From contig CAWDXE010000007.1 in assembly GCA_963806185.1 (NCBI GenBank), positions 288,001 through 352,000 on the forward strand: 64,000 bases of DNA. Direction: 5' to 3'. The translations under genes and the position numbers were made by a program. Shown here piece by piece: positions 1-9,816 of this stretch; within the stretch, counting starts at the first letter, position 1; every line of letters begins with the position of its first letter. The notes beneath the pieces were generated by a model. It made no database searches. It was not told the origin of the DNA and saw only the letters and a program-made list of their open reading frames with translations. This DNA is from an uncultured candidate division Zixibacteria bacterium. Lineage in GTDB: Bacteria; Zixibacteria; MSB-5A5; GN15; FEB-12.

Positions 1-431
1 CGGCCTTTCTGGCCGGGTGTGTCAACACCTTGATCGGTCTGATTCTGGTGCTGGCGTACAATATGTTTTCGGTCCTTCTTGGGGGTCTGGAGTTCGAACT
101 CGAGCCCGTTCGCCACGAACCCACCCCCCCTGCGCCGACAGCACCGGTCGAGCGGCCGTCGCCATCGCCGTACTATGCCGCACCGGACGGTGTGATTCCT
201 CCTCCTCCGCCCCCTCCTCCCGTGCGATCGAGAACCGATGCTCCAGAGCCGACCGGCCATGACGACAAGCAGGTTGACACCGGTCGCATCACCCCGTATT
301 CGGAACCATTGACAAGCGAGGTCGGGGGGGATATGCTGTCCGAACCGGGTGAGCCTACTGAACCATTTGCCTCCGAACCCGCCGCTGATCGACCCGATGA
401 TTCTGATACCGAAGGAACACGGAATTCATGA
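1..431 (+). CDS. Partial (5'-truncated) membrane protein with a DUF3566-like TM segment and Pro/acidic-rich tail
   Basis: Open frame from the window edge (AFLAGCVNTLIGLILVLAYNMFSVLLGGLEFELE) then poly-Pro; stop overlaps the next ATG (ATGA). Confidence 0.55.
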   Translation, partial: AFLAGCVNTLIGLILVLAYNMFSVLLGGLEFELEPVRHEPTPPAPTAPVERPSPSPYYAAPDGVIPPPPPPPPVRSRTDAPEPTGHDDKQVDTGRITPYSEPLTSEVGGDMLSEPGEPTEPFASEPAADRPDDSDTEGTRNS

Positions 432-1888
432 CCTCGCCCGTACGAGTTTGCATTTCACCGTCTCCCACCGGTTACCTTGACGTCGGTATGGCGCGTATTG
501 CAATATTCAACTGGTTATTCGCCCGCCAAACGGGCGGGAAGTTCCTCATACGAATTGAGGATTCTGACGTCGAGCGATCCGATGCTTCCCATATTGAACC
601 GATTCTTAACGCTCTGAAGTGGTTGGGCCTGGATTGGGATGAAAATGTTGTTTACCAATCCCAACGTGCGGAAAACTACAAGAAGTGCGCCCAGGCGCTG
701 CTCGCAGGCGGCCACGCGTATCGGTGTTTCTGCACGACGGCCGAGTTGGAGGCCGAACGCGAGGCGGCGCGTGCGGCAAAGCTTCCTCCCAGGTACAGTC
801 GCATATGCCTGAGGTTATCTCACGATCAGATCAAGGCGAGGCTTGATGCCGGTGTACCCTTCGGCATTCGACTTCAGATTCCGGAAGGGGAGACCGCATT
901 TAACGACATCGTCTCGGGCGAAATGCGGAGCAAGAATGACGATATCGAAGATTTGTTGGCCGCCAATTCGGATGGTTCGGCGACCTGCAACTTCGCGTCA
1001 GTGATCGACGATCACGAGATGGGTGTGACTCATGTTATTCGCGGCAATGATCACCTTACGAATACGTTGAAGCAAATGCATCTCTATCAGGCTCTGGGTT
1101 GGGCAGTCCCTGAATTCGGCCATGTTCCGCCTATTCTGAATCCCGACAGTCAAGCGATCTCGAAACGTCTTGGTGACAAGGATATCGCGGCGTACAAGGA
1201 CGAGGGAATTCTGCCGAACGCGATGTTCAACTATCTGTGCTTGCTCGGTTGGTCGCCGAAAACCGAACGGGAGATTTATTCACCCAAGGAACTGGTCGGG
1301 ATTTTCGACCCGCACTACGTGAATCTCTCGACTGCCGTGTTCGACGATGAGAAGCTAATTGCGTTCAACAGGGCGCACATCCAGTTGGCCTCCGACCACG
1401 ACCTGGCGGTCCTGGTCGCTCCCATGTTGGTCGAGGCGGGGGTGACCTCAAAATACTGGCTTGAGACCAGGTGGGAGTACCTGCGGCAGGTGATCAGTTT
1501 ACTCAAAGAGCGGGTCCGACGCGTCTCTGATTTTGTGTCATTGGGTGGATATTTCTTCTCCTTTGAAGGAAATTACGACCCGGAGGCGGCTCGGGAGCAA
1601 TTCAATCCTGAGTCGGTTGATCTGTTGGCTGCCCTGGTCGAGCGGTTTGAAGCACTTCCCAGGTTTACGCATGAGACGACCGAAGGAGCATTGGAGCTGC
1701 TGGCCGAGGAGCGGGGTCTGAAGAAGGCACGACTTGTGCACCCGACGCGACTCGCGGTTTCGGGCCTGTCGGATGGCCCTGGCCTGTACGATCTTCTGGT
1801 CGTCCTCACCCGGCTGGTGGTCATCCAGCGCATGAAAAAAGCTATTGAATATATACGGCGAAACCACCAGATTGCGCCCCAGGGATAA
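428..1888 (+). CDS. gltX: Glutamate--tRNA ligase homologue with degenerate active-site motifs
   Basis: PSPTG, RIED, CFC zinc region, THVIRGxDH, SKR and C-terminal anticodon domain present; HIGH His, R5- and Y187-equivalent residues substituted. Confidence 0.85.
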   Translation: MTSPVRVCISPSPTGYLDVGMARIAIFNWLFARQTGGKFLIRIEDSDVERSDASHIEPILNALKWLGLDWDENVVYQSQRAENYKKCAQALLAGGHAYRCFCTTAELEAEREAARAAKLPPRYSRICLRLSHDQIKARLDAGVPFGIRLQIPEGETAFNDIVSGEMRSKNDDIEDLLAANSDGSATCNFASVIDDHEMGVTHVIRGNDHLTNTLKQMHLYQALGWAVPEFGHVPPILNPDSQAISKRLGDKDIAAYKDEGILPNAMFNYLCLLGWSPKTEREIYSPKELVGIFDPHYVNLSTAVFDDEKLIAFNRAHIQLASDHDLAVLVAPMLVEAGVTSKYWLETRWEYLRQVISLLKERVRRVSDFVSLGGYFFSFEGNYDPEAAREQFNPESVDLLAALVERFEALPRFTHETTEGALELLAEERGLKKARLVHPTRLAVSGLSDGPGLYDLLVVLTRLVVIQRMKKAIEYIRRNHQIAPQG

Positions 1889-1892
1889 GTCC

Positions 1893-2398
1893 ATGAGTAC
1901 TACATCCAAGCAGAAAATTGCCGACATCCTGAAACGAGCCATCAAAGGAGAAGACGACGGGTATCGCTTCTACGCCGCACTGGCGACTGAGGCCGTCAAC
2001 GATGCCGTCCGCCGCAAGCTCGAAGGACTGCGCGATGACGAGCTTCGTCACCGCGCGACCCTGTATGTATTGTACGACCAACACGTCGGCGGCGAAGTGG
2101 GTGAATTACCCCGGACGGGAATCGGCCCCCTGGCCAAGCTCTTCAATGAGAACCAGACGCTGGCCAAGAAGTCCGAAATGGAATATATCAACTTCGCCAT
2201 TGAGGCCGAACTGGCCTCGACGCAGGTACTACCAGGCCGAGCGAGATTTGATCGACGATCAGAAATTTCGCGACGATTTTCGATCACCTGGCGGACGAAG
2301 AACATCACCATTACGAAATACTCCAGGCCGAGCGCGAAGCGCTGGCCGGAAATTATAGTTGGTTTGGTTACGACGATACAGCGCCGATGGAAGACTGA
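1893..2398 (+). CDS. Ferritin-like / rubrerythrin-family di-iron protein with two +1 frameshifts (~2223, ~2272)
   Basis: E..FY/ELRH and AE..YY/EEHH motifs continue across three frames; repaired length 167 aa ending WFGYDDTAPMED. Confidence 0.75.
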
Positions 2399-2455
2399 CG
2401 TACGGTCGCTGTACCGGTGTCGAAATACTTGGCTACTAGGCAGGAGGATGCAGAA

Positions 2456-2653
2456 ATGCAGTGGATTTGTGATATCTGCGGTTACGTGCACGACGAAGAC
2501 GAACCGCCGGATAGCTGTCCGATGTGCGGCGCGCCGAAAAGCAAGTTCTCCGAGTGGGACGGCGAAGACGAAGACTTGCTCGACGAAGACTTTGACGAGG
2601 ACGACGATGAGGTCGGCGACGGCTACGATGAAAACAGCGATGAGAAGTACTGA
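2456..2653 (+). CDS. Rubredoxin-like small protein with acidic tail
   Basis: WICDICGY...CPMCGAPKSKF; AGGAGG RBS at 2442; Asp/Glu-rich C-terminus. Confidence 0.8.
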   Translation: MQWICDICGYVHDEDEPPDSCPMCGAPKSKFSEWDGEDEDLLDEDFDEDDDEVGDGYDENSDEKY

Positions 2654-3166
2654 TGAATAGTCATGTGCCGACGCCGGTAGAGAGCGGTCCCGCGCCGCTA
2701 AACAGTGGGAGATGAAGCTCCTGATTTTACGCTGCCGAGTCACAACGAAGGAGATCTGAATCTCGCCTGGTATCGGGGCAGAAAAAACGTTGCCCTGGCT
2801 TTCTACCCGGCGGATTGGACCCCCTTGTGCGCCAACCAGATTCCCGGCTACGAGGCGGTGCTTGACATGTTTGAGAAGTACAATTGCCAGATTCTCGCCG
2901 TGTCCTGCGACACGATTCCAAGTCATATCGCCTGGGCCAAATCCATGGGCGGAATATCCTTTCCACTGATGTCGGATTTTTACCCGCACGGCGCCGTTTC
3001 GACCAGATATGGTGTTCTCTCGCGTAAGGGTTATGCCAATCGGGTAGTGTTCCTCATCGACAAGCAGGGCATCATCAGGTACATCGAACATGTACCGCCC
3101 GGCGATCTTCCGGATAACCACAAGTTGTTTGCTGAGTTGGCGAGACTACAGAAAGCATCTGCTTAG
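2653..3166 (+). CDS. Peroxiredoxin (AhpE/AhpC-TSA family); probable +1 insertion at ~2703
   Basis: VGDEAPDFTL, FYPADWTPLC peroxidatic Cys motif; ATG 2653 couples to the previous stop if one base is removed. Confidence 0.85.
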
Positions 3167-3282
3167 AATTGTCCCACCGCCGACACCGGCGGGTGCCAGG
3201 GTGCTGGAACACCACCATTCGGGCACTTATCGTTGTCGGCGGTGTTGTATCTGCGAGAATCCGAAAACGAGTGTATTGAGCA

Positions 3283-4335
3283 GTGGACCAGAACGAGCTT
3301 TTTGACATTACCTTTATCGGCGCCGGCCCGGTGGCCTTATACGGCATGTACTATGCCGGTCTCCGCATGACCCGTTTCAAGGCCATTGACATGCTCGAAG
3401 AAGTCGGCGGCGGCCTCATGGCACTCTATCCCGAAAAGTATATCTACGATGTTGCCGGATTCCCCAAAGTGATGGCCAAGGATTTGACCCGCCTGCTCAA
3501 GGAACAGGCCAGCCAATACCCACATACGTTCTGCCTCGGCGAAAAGGTGACCGATCTCACACGGGGAGAGGATGGCATCATTGCGCTTACCACCAACAGA
3601 GCGGTTCACTACTCGCGCACGGTGATTATATGTGCCGGCATGGGCGCATACATTCCAAAGAAGATTGATGTTCCGAATCTCGAAGTACTGGAGGGGGCGG
3701 GGGTCTACTACTTCATTCGCCGCCTAAGTGATTTCCAGGGGAAGAACGTCCTGGTCGTCGGCGGGGGCGACTCGGCCTTCGATTACTCGATGATGCTCGA
3801 GTCGGTCGCCGCCAACATCACGCACATTCACCGCAATGACTTCTTTTCCGCTCATGAGGATTCGGTTCGCAAGGTTATGAACTCACGAGTGCGCATGAAA
3901 TTTCCCTTTTGGGAGGTGAAGCGTATTGTCGGCGAGGACTGGGTGCGGGAGGTTACGATTGTCCAGACACGCACCGGGGAAGAAGAAACCATGCCGGTCG
4001 AAGCAATCGTGTTCAACATCGGATTCCTCACCAATCTCGGGCCGATTCACGAATGGGGTTTGGAGCTCGACAAAAACGCCATAAAAGTGGACAGCCGGAT
4101 GCGTACCAATATTGAGGGCGTCTTCGCCGCCGGCGATATCGTGACCTACGATGGGAAGCTGAAATTGATTTCCACCGGTTGCGGTGAAGTTGCCATTGCG
4201 GTGAACAATGCCAAACACTTCGTCAATCCAAAGGCCAAAGTGGATCCGGGGCATTCGACCGAAAAACACGACATCGTCAAACGAAAAGTGGCACAACACG
4301 AGAAGGCCAAGCACGGCCCGACCGAAGCGGAATAA
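3283..4335 (+). CDS. TrxR-like ferredoxin--NADP+ reductase (YumC type)
   Basis: GAGP, LYPEKYIYDVAGFP, GGGDSA, GVFAAGDI...KLKLI; no CxxC. Confidence 0.85.
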   Translation: MDQNELFDITFIGAGPVALYGMYYAGLRMTRFKAIDMLEEVGGGLMALYPEKYIYDVAGFPKVMAKDLTRLLKEQASQYPHTFCLGEKVTDLTRGEDGIIALTTNRAVHYSRTVIICAGMGAYIPKKIDVPNLEVLEGAGVYYFIRRLSDFQGKNVLVVGGGDSAFDYSMMLESVAANITHIHRNDFFSAHEDSVRKVMNSRVRMKFPFWEVKRIVGEDWVREVTIVQTRTGEEETMPVEAIVFNIGFLTNLGPIHEWGLELDKNAIKVDSRMRTNIEGVFAAGDIVTYDGKLKLISTGCGEVAIAVNNAKHFVNPKAKVDPGHSTEKHDIVKRKVAQHEKAKHGPTEAE

Positions 4336-4337
4336 TA

Positions 4338-5417
4338 ATGTACTTTGCCCTGCCGACAGAATATCGGGTGGCCTCCAACGACGATCTCAAGGCGCGCATC
4401 GTTGAAGCGAAGAGGCGTTTGGGCAGGAAACTGATTATCCTGGCGCATCACTACCAACGCCTTGAGGTTGTCCAGTGCGGCGACCATATCGGCGATAGCT
4501 GGGGATTATCGAAAATTGCGGCTGAAAACCAGACTGCTGAAACCATTGTTTTCTGCGGGGTCCATTTCATGGCGGAGTCGGCTGATATCCTGGCGCGTGA
4601 AGGCCAGTCCGTTTATCTCCCCAACCCGCTGGCTGGATGCCCGATGGCGGACATGGCCGAAATAGCCGATGTGCTGCTGGCATGGAAATATCTGAAGCCG
4701 TTCGGGGCCGAGAAGAACATCATGCCGATTTCGTATATGAATACGGCGGCGGGACTCAAAGCGTTTACCGGCAAGCACGGCGGCTTGATCTGCACATCAT
4801 CTAACGCCGCCGCGGCGCTCAAGTGGGGTCTGGAACGGCGGGAGAAGGTTTTCTTCTTCCCCGACGAGAATCTGGGCTACAATACCGGCCTCAAATATGG
4901 TTTGAAGCCCGAACAAATGGTGCGGTGGGACTTCTCCCGCGAAGACGGTGGACTTACGGGCGAGCAGATAGAAAACGCGAGAGTCATTCTCTGGAAGGGC
5001 CATTGCCACGTCCACACCAATTTTACTGCCGAGCATGTCAGGGAAATGCGGACTCGCTATCCGGGGGTGAGGGTTGTTGTTCATCCGGAGTGTCCTCCCG
5101 CGGTTGTGCAGGCGGCCGACGCGGATGGGTCAACCAAATTTATCGTCGATTACTGCGCCAAGGCGCCCGCGGGATCGGTCATAGCGATTGGTACGGAGAT
5201 CAACCTGATCAATCGGATGGCCCATGAGCATCGCGACAAGACCATTCTCGAGCTGTCCGGACAGACCTGCCCGGTGTGCGCCAACATGTACCGGACGACC
5301 CTCAACGACCTGGCCTATACGCTTGAGAATTATCAGGATATGAAGCCGATCCGAGTCCCGGAGCCGACCCGCAGTGAGGCCCGATTGGCCCTTGAAAAGA
5401 TGCTCGAGATCAGTTAA
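4338..5417 (+). CDS. nadA: Quinolinate synthase
   Basis: LAHHYQ, FCGVHFMAE, AGCPMADM, CHVH, HPEC, GST, CxxM motifs. Confidence 0.95.
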   Translation: MYFALPTEYRVASNDDLKARIVEAKRRLGRKLIILAHHYQRLEVVQCGDHIGDSWGLSKIAAENQTAETIVFCGVHFMAESADILAREGQSVYLPNPLAGCPMADMAEIADVLLAWKYLKPFGAEKNIMPISYMNTAAGLKAFTGKHGGLICTSSNAAAALKWGLERREKVFFFPDENLGYNTGLKYGLKPEQMVRWDFSREDGGLTGEQIENARVILWKGHCHVHTNFTAEHVREMRTRYPGVRVVVHPECPPAVVQAADADGSTKFIVDYCAKAPAGSVIAIGTEINLINRMAHEHRDKTILELSGQTCPVCANMYRTTLNDLAYTLENYQDMKPIRVPEPTRSEARLALEKMLEIS

Positions 5418-5516
5418 TTTGTGGCCTTACTCAACCTTGACAGGCCAAACCACCATGGTATATTCGCCTCAAACGTAGAGATGAAAGATTCTTTTTAACG
5501 ATAAGGACTTAGCGTC

Positions 5517-6863
5517 ATGGTACAAGATGTTTTGGTGCCCCAGATGGGTGAATCGGTACTGGAGGGCACAATTCTCTCATGGAAAGTCAAAATCGGTGAA
5601 AAAGTGCAAATCAACCAGCCGCTGGTTGAATTGATGACGGATAAAGTAAATGTTGAAATCCCAGCCGAAATCTCCGGTGTGCTGACGGCTCAGTTTGCCA
5701 AAGAGGGTGACGTGGTGCCGGTCGGTACTCGTATCGCCACTATTGATGATGGCTCTGCCGCCGCCAAGGGAGCTCCTACGACCCAAAAATCGACCCCGGC
5801 AGAGGTTGCGGCTGCTTCAGCCCCGGCAGTCGCCGTGGCCGCGGCTCCGCGACGCGAAGTCAAAGGCACAGCCGAAGCGGGGCGTGGCAAGATGTCTCCT
5901 AAAGTAAAAATGCTCGTCCGTGAATATGGTCTTGACGCTTCTGCCATCGTGCCGACGGGCAAGGATGGCATTGTGACGGTCGACGACGTGATGCGGTCAG
6001 TCGAGGATCGTTCCACCTCCAAAGGCATACTGGCCGGCCCCATTCCATCGCCCGCCGCACCTGTCTTTGCAGCGCCGCAGTCGAGTGCGGTCGCTCCGGT
6101 CGCACCGAAGGCCCCTCTGGTGAAAGTGGAAATCCCGGTCTTTGCGCCGATGCCGGCGAATCTCAAGGAGACCCGCGTACCGCTCCAGGGAGCGCGCAAA
6201 CTGATCGCCGAGCACATGACCAAGTCAAAAGAGACCTCGGCTCATGTCACGACTTTTGAAGAAGTCGACCTCACCGATCTGGTGAACTACCGCAATGAAA
6301 TCAAAGGGTGGTTCAAAGAGACGTACGGCGCAAACATCACCTTTTTGCCGTTCGTCATGAAGGCCTGCACCGTAGCCCTTAAGGAATTCCCGAAGATCAA
6401 CGCGTCACTCACGGAAAAGGAAATCATCTACAAGAATTACTACAACGTCGGTGTGGCGGTCGCCCGTGAAGAAGGGCTGATCGTGCCCGTAATCAAGAAC
6501 GCCGACAAGAAGACGATTGTCGAATTGGCCGTCGAGATTCAACAACTCGGCGAGAAGGCGCGTACCAACCGGCTCATGCCGGACGACGTCGCCGACGGTA
6601 CCTTCACGCTCACCAATGCCGGCATGTTCGGCGCCACCGGGTCGACGCCGATCATTTCGCAGCCGCAGGTGGCGATTCTGGGCATTCATGCCATCGTCAA
6701 GAAACCGTGGGTGGTGAACAACCAGATCGTCATACGTGACATCTCGAATTTCGGCATGTCCTTCGATCACCGTCTGATCGACGGTCACACGGCAGTGCAG
6801 TTCCTGCACCGCGTACACGAATACCTGGCCGATGGACGTCGGCTCCTGATGAACCTGCGATGA
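5517..6863 (+). CDS. 2-oxoacid dehydrogenase E2 (dihydrolipoamide acyltransferase)
   Basis: Lipoyl domain with TDKV, E3-binding PTGKDG segment, catalytic DHRLIDG. Confidence 0.92.
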   Translation: MVQDVLVPQMGESVLEGTILSWKVKIGEKVQINQPLVELMTDKVNVEIPAEISGVLTAQFAKEGDVVPVGTRIATIDDGSAAAKGAPTTQKSTPAEVAAASAPAVAVAAAPRREVKGTAEAGRGKMSPKVKMLVREYGLDASAIVPTGKDGIVTVDDVMRSVEDRSTSKGILAGPIPSPAAPVFAAPQSSAVAPVAPKAPLVKVEIPVFAPMPANLKETRVPLQGARKLIAEHMTKSKETSAHVTTFEEVDLTDLVNYRNEIKGWFKETYGANITFLPFVMKACTVALKEFPKINASLTEKEIIYKNYYNVGVAVAREEGLIVPVIKNADKKTIVELAVEIQQLGEKARTNRLMPDDVADGTFTLTNAGMFGATGSTPIISQPQVAILGIHAIVKKPWVVNNQIVIRDISNFGMSFDHRLIDGHTAVQFLHRVHEYLADGRRLLMNLR

Positions 6864-7564
6864 ATGTGGCTACAATACCCAAAACGTACGGTTGGCATCT
6901 CGAACTCGGCAAGGTAGACTACGAGCGGACCCTTCGCTGGCAACGTGGCCTGGTCAAAATGCGGGAGGAAGGCATGGCCCGCGACACCATCATCACAGTG
7001 GAACACTACCCGGTGGTGACGGTAGGCAAAGACGGCCACAAAGAGAATTTCAAGGACCTCCCGCTCGAACCGGTATTTATCGAGCGCGGCGGCGACGTCA
7101 CCTACCATGGCCCGGGCCAATTGGTGGCGTATTTCATTTTCAATCTCACGCGTCGGGGCCGGGACTTGCACAAGTTCATGGCCGACATTCAGCAAGGCAT
7201 CATCGGTGCGCTGAAGGAATACGGCATCGACGCCCGGATGGGGGATGAGCACACCGGCGTCTGGGTACAGGAGAAGAAAATTGCCTCGATCGGTGTGGCC
7301 GTAAAACGGTGGATTTCGTTTCATGGCGCCGCGATCAATCTCAATGTCAATCTCGAGGAGTTTCGGAAGATCAATCCGTGCGGCTTGTCGCCGGAGGTAA
7401 TGACCTCGGCCGACCAATTGCTCAAAGAGGCGGTTGATATGCGCAAATTTACCAGGTCGCTCCTCGCTCATTATAGTCGGATTTTCGATACGGTATTTAC
7501 ACCGGTGGACTTGGAATCGCTGGATGAAGATCTGAAAAGCCAGGAAGGCGGCTTCACGATCTGA
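6860..7564 (+). CDS. lipB: Lipoyl(octanoyl) transferase
   Basis: EH..V.T.G, RGGDVTYHGPGQLVAY, KIASIG, HG.A.N, INPCG. Confidence 0.95.
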   Translation: MNVATIPKTYGWHLELGKVDYERTLRWQRGLVKMREEGMARDTIITVEHYPVVTVGKDGHKENFKDLPLEPVFIERGGDVTYHGPGQLVAYFIFNLTRRGRDLHKFMADIQQGIIGALKEYGIDARMGDEHTGVWVQEKKIASIGVAVKRWISFHGAAINLNVNLEEFRKINPCGLSPEVMTSADQLLKEAVDMRKFTRSLLAHYSRIFDTVFTPVDLESLDEDLKSQEGGFTI

Positions 7565-7602
7565 TCCGGTCAATCGAGGACGCGCGCAAAAGGAGGGACA
7601 CA

Positions 7603-8349
7603 ATGGAGCTTGCGGGCAAAGTGGCCTTTGTCTCGGGCGGCACCCGGGGAATCGGATTCTGCATCGCCGAACGACTCGCACAACAAGGCGCCAATATCGT
7701 CATCAACTACTTCCGCAGCCGTTCCGGCGCGCAGGAGGCCGTGGACAAGCTCAAGACCTATGGCGTCGACTGCTATGCCCATCGCGCCAACATGGGCAAC
7801 CACGACCAACTGCCGGCGATATTCGAAGGAATCAAGGAGCGCTTCGGCAAACTCGATATCCTGATCTCCAACGCCGCGCTCGGTCTCTATACCAGCATGC
7901 TCAATATCGACGACAAAGCGTGGGACCTCTCGATGCATACCAACGCCCGAGCCTTTCTGCACTGTATCCAGCTCGGCTCTCCTATCATGCCGGATCACAG
8001 TCGCATCGTGACGCTTTCGTCGCTCGGGTCGATCCGATATATCCCGGGTTACGCGGCCATCGGCGTATCCAAAGCAGCCATTGAGAACATCGTTCGCTAT
8101 GCTGCCATCGAACTGGCGCCGAGGCAAATCACGGTCAACTGTGTATCGGGCGGATTTATCGACACTACTGCTCTCACGGTTTTCCCCAATTATGAAGACA
8201 TGAAGAAGGAAGTGAGTGAACGCACACCCTTCAAACGCATTGGCAAACCGGAGGAAGTGGCCGACGTGGTCGCTTTCCTTGCCAGCCCCAAGGCGAGCTG
8301 GATCACCGGGCAAACGGTGATTGTCGACGGCGGTTATTCGTTAATGTAA
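7603..8349 (+). CDS. fabL: Enoyl-ACP reductase FabL-like SDR
   Basis: GGTRGIG, NAALG, SSLGSIRY..Y-x6-K (YAAIGVSK), VSGGFIDT..L..FPN as in Bacillus FabL. Confidence 0.8.
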   Translation: MELAGKVAFVSGGTRGIGFCIAERLAQQGANIVINYFRSRSGAQEAVDKLKTYGVDCYAHRANMGNHDQLPAIFEGIKERFGKLDILISNAALGLYTSMLNIDDKAWDLSMHTNARAFLHCIQLGSPIMPDHSRIVTLSSLGSIRYIPGYAAIGVSKAAIENIVRYAAIELAPRQITVNCVSGGFIDTTALTVFPNYEDMKKEVSERTPFKRIGKPEEVADVVAFLASPKASWITGQTVIVDGGYSLM

Positions 8350-8371
8350 TTATTACGCGAGGCGATGGACC

Positions 8372-8956
8372 ATGGACGATAGAATCATTCCGATATCAGC
8401 GGGCTATAAGCAAGACACTCAGAGAATAATAAGACTGTTCGCAGGTCAACTTGACGACCAGTATGTCCGCCTGAGAAAAGCGATCGAAGGATTGACAGTG
8501 CAACAGCTGGAATGGCAGCCCCACCCTGGCCTGAATACGATCGGCATGTTGCTCGCCCATCTGGCTGTAGTGGACGTCTGGTGGATCGTCATTGCCCCTC
8601 AGGGACAGGGCAGTTTCGACTCTGCGGAATCCATCTTCAAGGAGATTATCGGGATCGGCGGCGACGACGACGGCATGCCGATCAAGCCCGATGGCCGGCA
8701 CGCCGAGGCACTTGGCGGCCGTTCGGCGGCAGACTATTTCGCGATGCTCGATAAGGCGCGAGCGGCTGTCCATCAGGCGCTGCAGGGATGGAGTGACTCC
8801 GGGCTTGACGAGCTGTATACGTTGCGCGATCGCCGCATCTCCCGCTCATGGACCGTGTACCATGTGCTCGAGCATTACGCCGCACATTTTGGACAGATCC
8901 TTCTGCTCAAGCACCTCATGCGCGACGCCGGCGTGCTGGTCGAAGAGAAAAAGTAA
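8372..8956 (+). CDS. DinB/YfiT-family protein
   Basis: NTIGMLLAHL...WW; HVLEHYAAHFGQI His triad. Confidence 0.85.
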   Translation: MDDRIIPISAGYKQDTQRIIRLFAGQLDDQYVRLRKAIEGLTVQQLEWQPHPGLNTIGMLLAHLAVVDVWWIVIAPQGQGSFDSAESIFKEIIGIGGDDDGMPIKPDGRHAEALGGRSAADYFAMLDKARAAVHQALQGWSDSGLDELYTLRDRRISRSWTVYHVLEHYAAHFGQILLLKHLMRDAGVLVEEKK

Positions 8957-9003
8957 TCTCAGTTCGCACTTGCACAGACTGTCGTTCAGAAACAATTCGC
9001 AAG

Positions 9004-9040
9004 AAAGAGAGCCGCCGGGTTTTCACCCGACGGCTCTTTC
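9004..9040. terminator. Bidirectional hairpin between convergent genes
   Basis: AAAGAGAGCCGCCGGGT TTTC ACCCGACGGCTCTTTC. Confidence 0.6.
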
Positions 9041-9062
9041 CCAACCACTCGGCAATTTATCG

Positions 9063-9791
9063 TCAGGCTTCGAGGTAACTCGAGCCGATCGCCTTCAGTG
9101 CGGTCCGAAGCGTCGCCAAATGCTCCTTGTAGCTCGCCATATCCTTTTTGTCACAGGCGGCCTTGAGCTTTCCGATCGTCTCCTTGATCGCCTGGAGGTC
9201 CTTGAGCATCGCTGCCTTCTCGGTCTCGCATTCCTTCGGAATCGATGCTTCATCAAGCGCGGTCGCCTTGGTCACCAGCGTCTCGGTCGATCCGGCAATA
9301 CCCTCCATGTTGTTTTCGGGAAGATGCTTGTCATTGATGAGAAGAACGGTGACAAGCATCCCATCGACTTGCGGAAACTCGACGGGGAGGAGGCACTGAG
9401 CGGATGATTCAAACGCATTGTGCAGCTTCGGCAGGAGGTCGTATACCGTCGTAGAATCCTGCTTGGCGGCCGCCATCGCATATACGGTCACGAGGTCGCC
9501 GAATTCGGCGCGGTTTTTGTCAAACGCCGCCTTGCGTGCTTCGTGTTTGAACGCCGGCTTCATTTCTTTCACGGCGACAAAACGGGTCTCAAATTCCGGA
9601 GCGGCTTTGAACATCGCTTCAAAATTCTTGGCCGGGTAGGCCTCGTGCCACGCCGGCGCCATAATCTCGTGAAACGATCCAAAGGGCGAAACGCCCTTCT
9701 CGCCCTTGGCCTGGGCCTTGTCGGCCGGACACTGAGCTGCGGCTGCGCCGCAGGCAAGCAGAACGATCAGAATGATGGAAACTACTCTCAT
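9063..9791 (-). CDS. Secreted helical hypothetical protein
   Basis: Signal peptide MRVVSIILIVLLACGAAAA; FHEIMAPAWH and LHNAFE motifs. Confidence 0.7.
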   Translation of the reverse strand: MRVVSIILIVLLACGAAAAQCPADKAQAKGEKGVSPFGSFHEIMAPAWHEAYPAKNFEAMFKAAPEFETRFVAVKEMKPAFKHEARKAAFDKNRAEFGDLVTVYAMAAAKQDSTTVYDLLPKLHNAFESSAQCLLPVEFPQVDGMLVTVLLINDKHLPENNMEGIAGSTETLVTKATALDEASIPKECETEKAAMLKDLQAIKETIGKLKAACDKKDMASYKEHLATLRTALKAIGSSYLEA

Positions 9792-9816
9792 TGGTACTCC
9801 CGGATTGAACGTTATT

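Noticed and set aside
1845..2660. 271-aa ORF from the track as one protein
   Set aside because: Chimera caused by a frameshift; after about 2223 it reads off-frame over the ferritin C-terminus and the rubredoxin gene.
2653..3166. Selenocysteine or readthrough in the peroxiredoxin
   Set aside because: The active-site codon is TGC; the upstream TGA is off-frame and explained by a +1 insertion.
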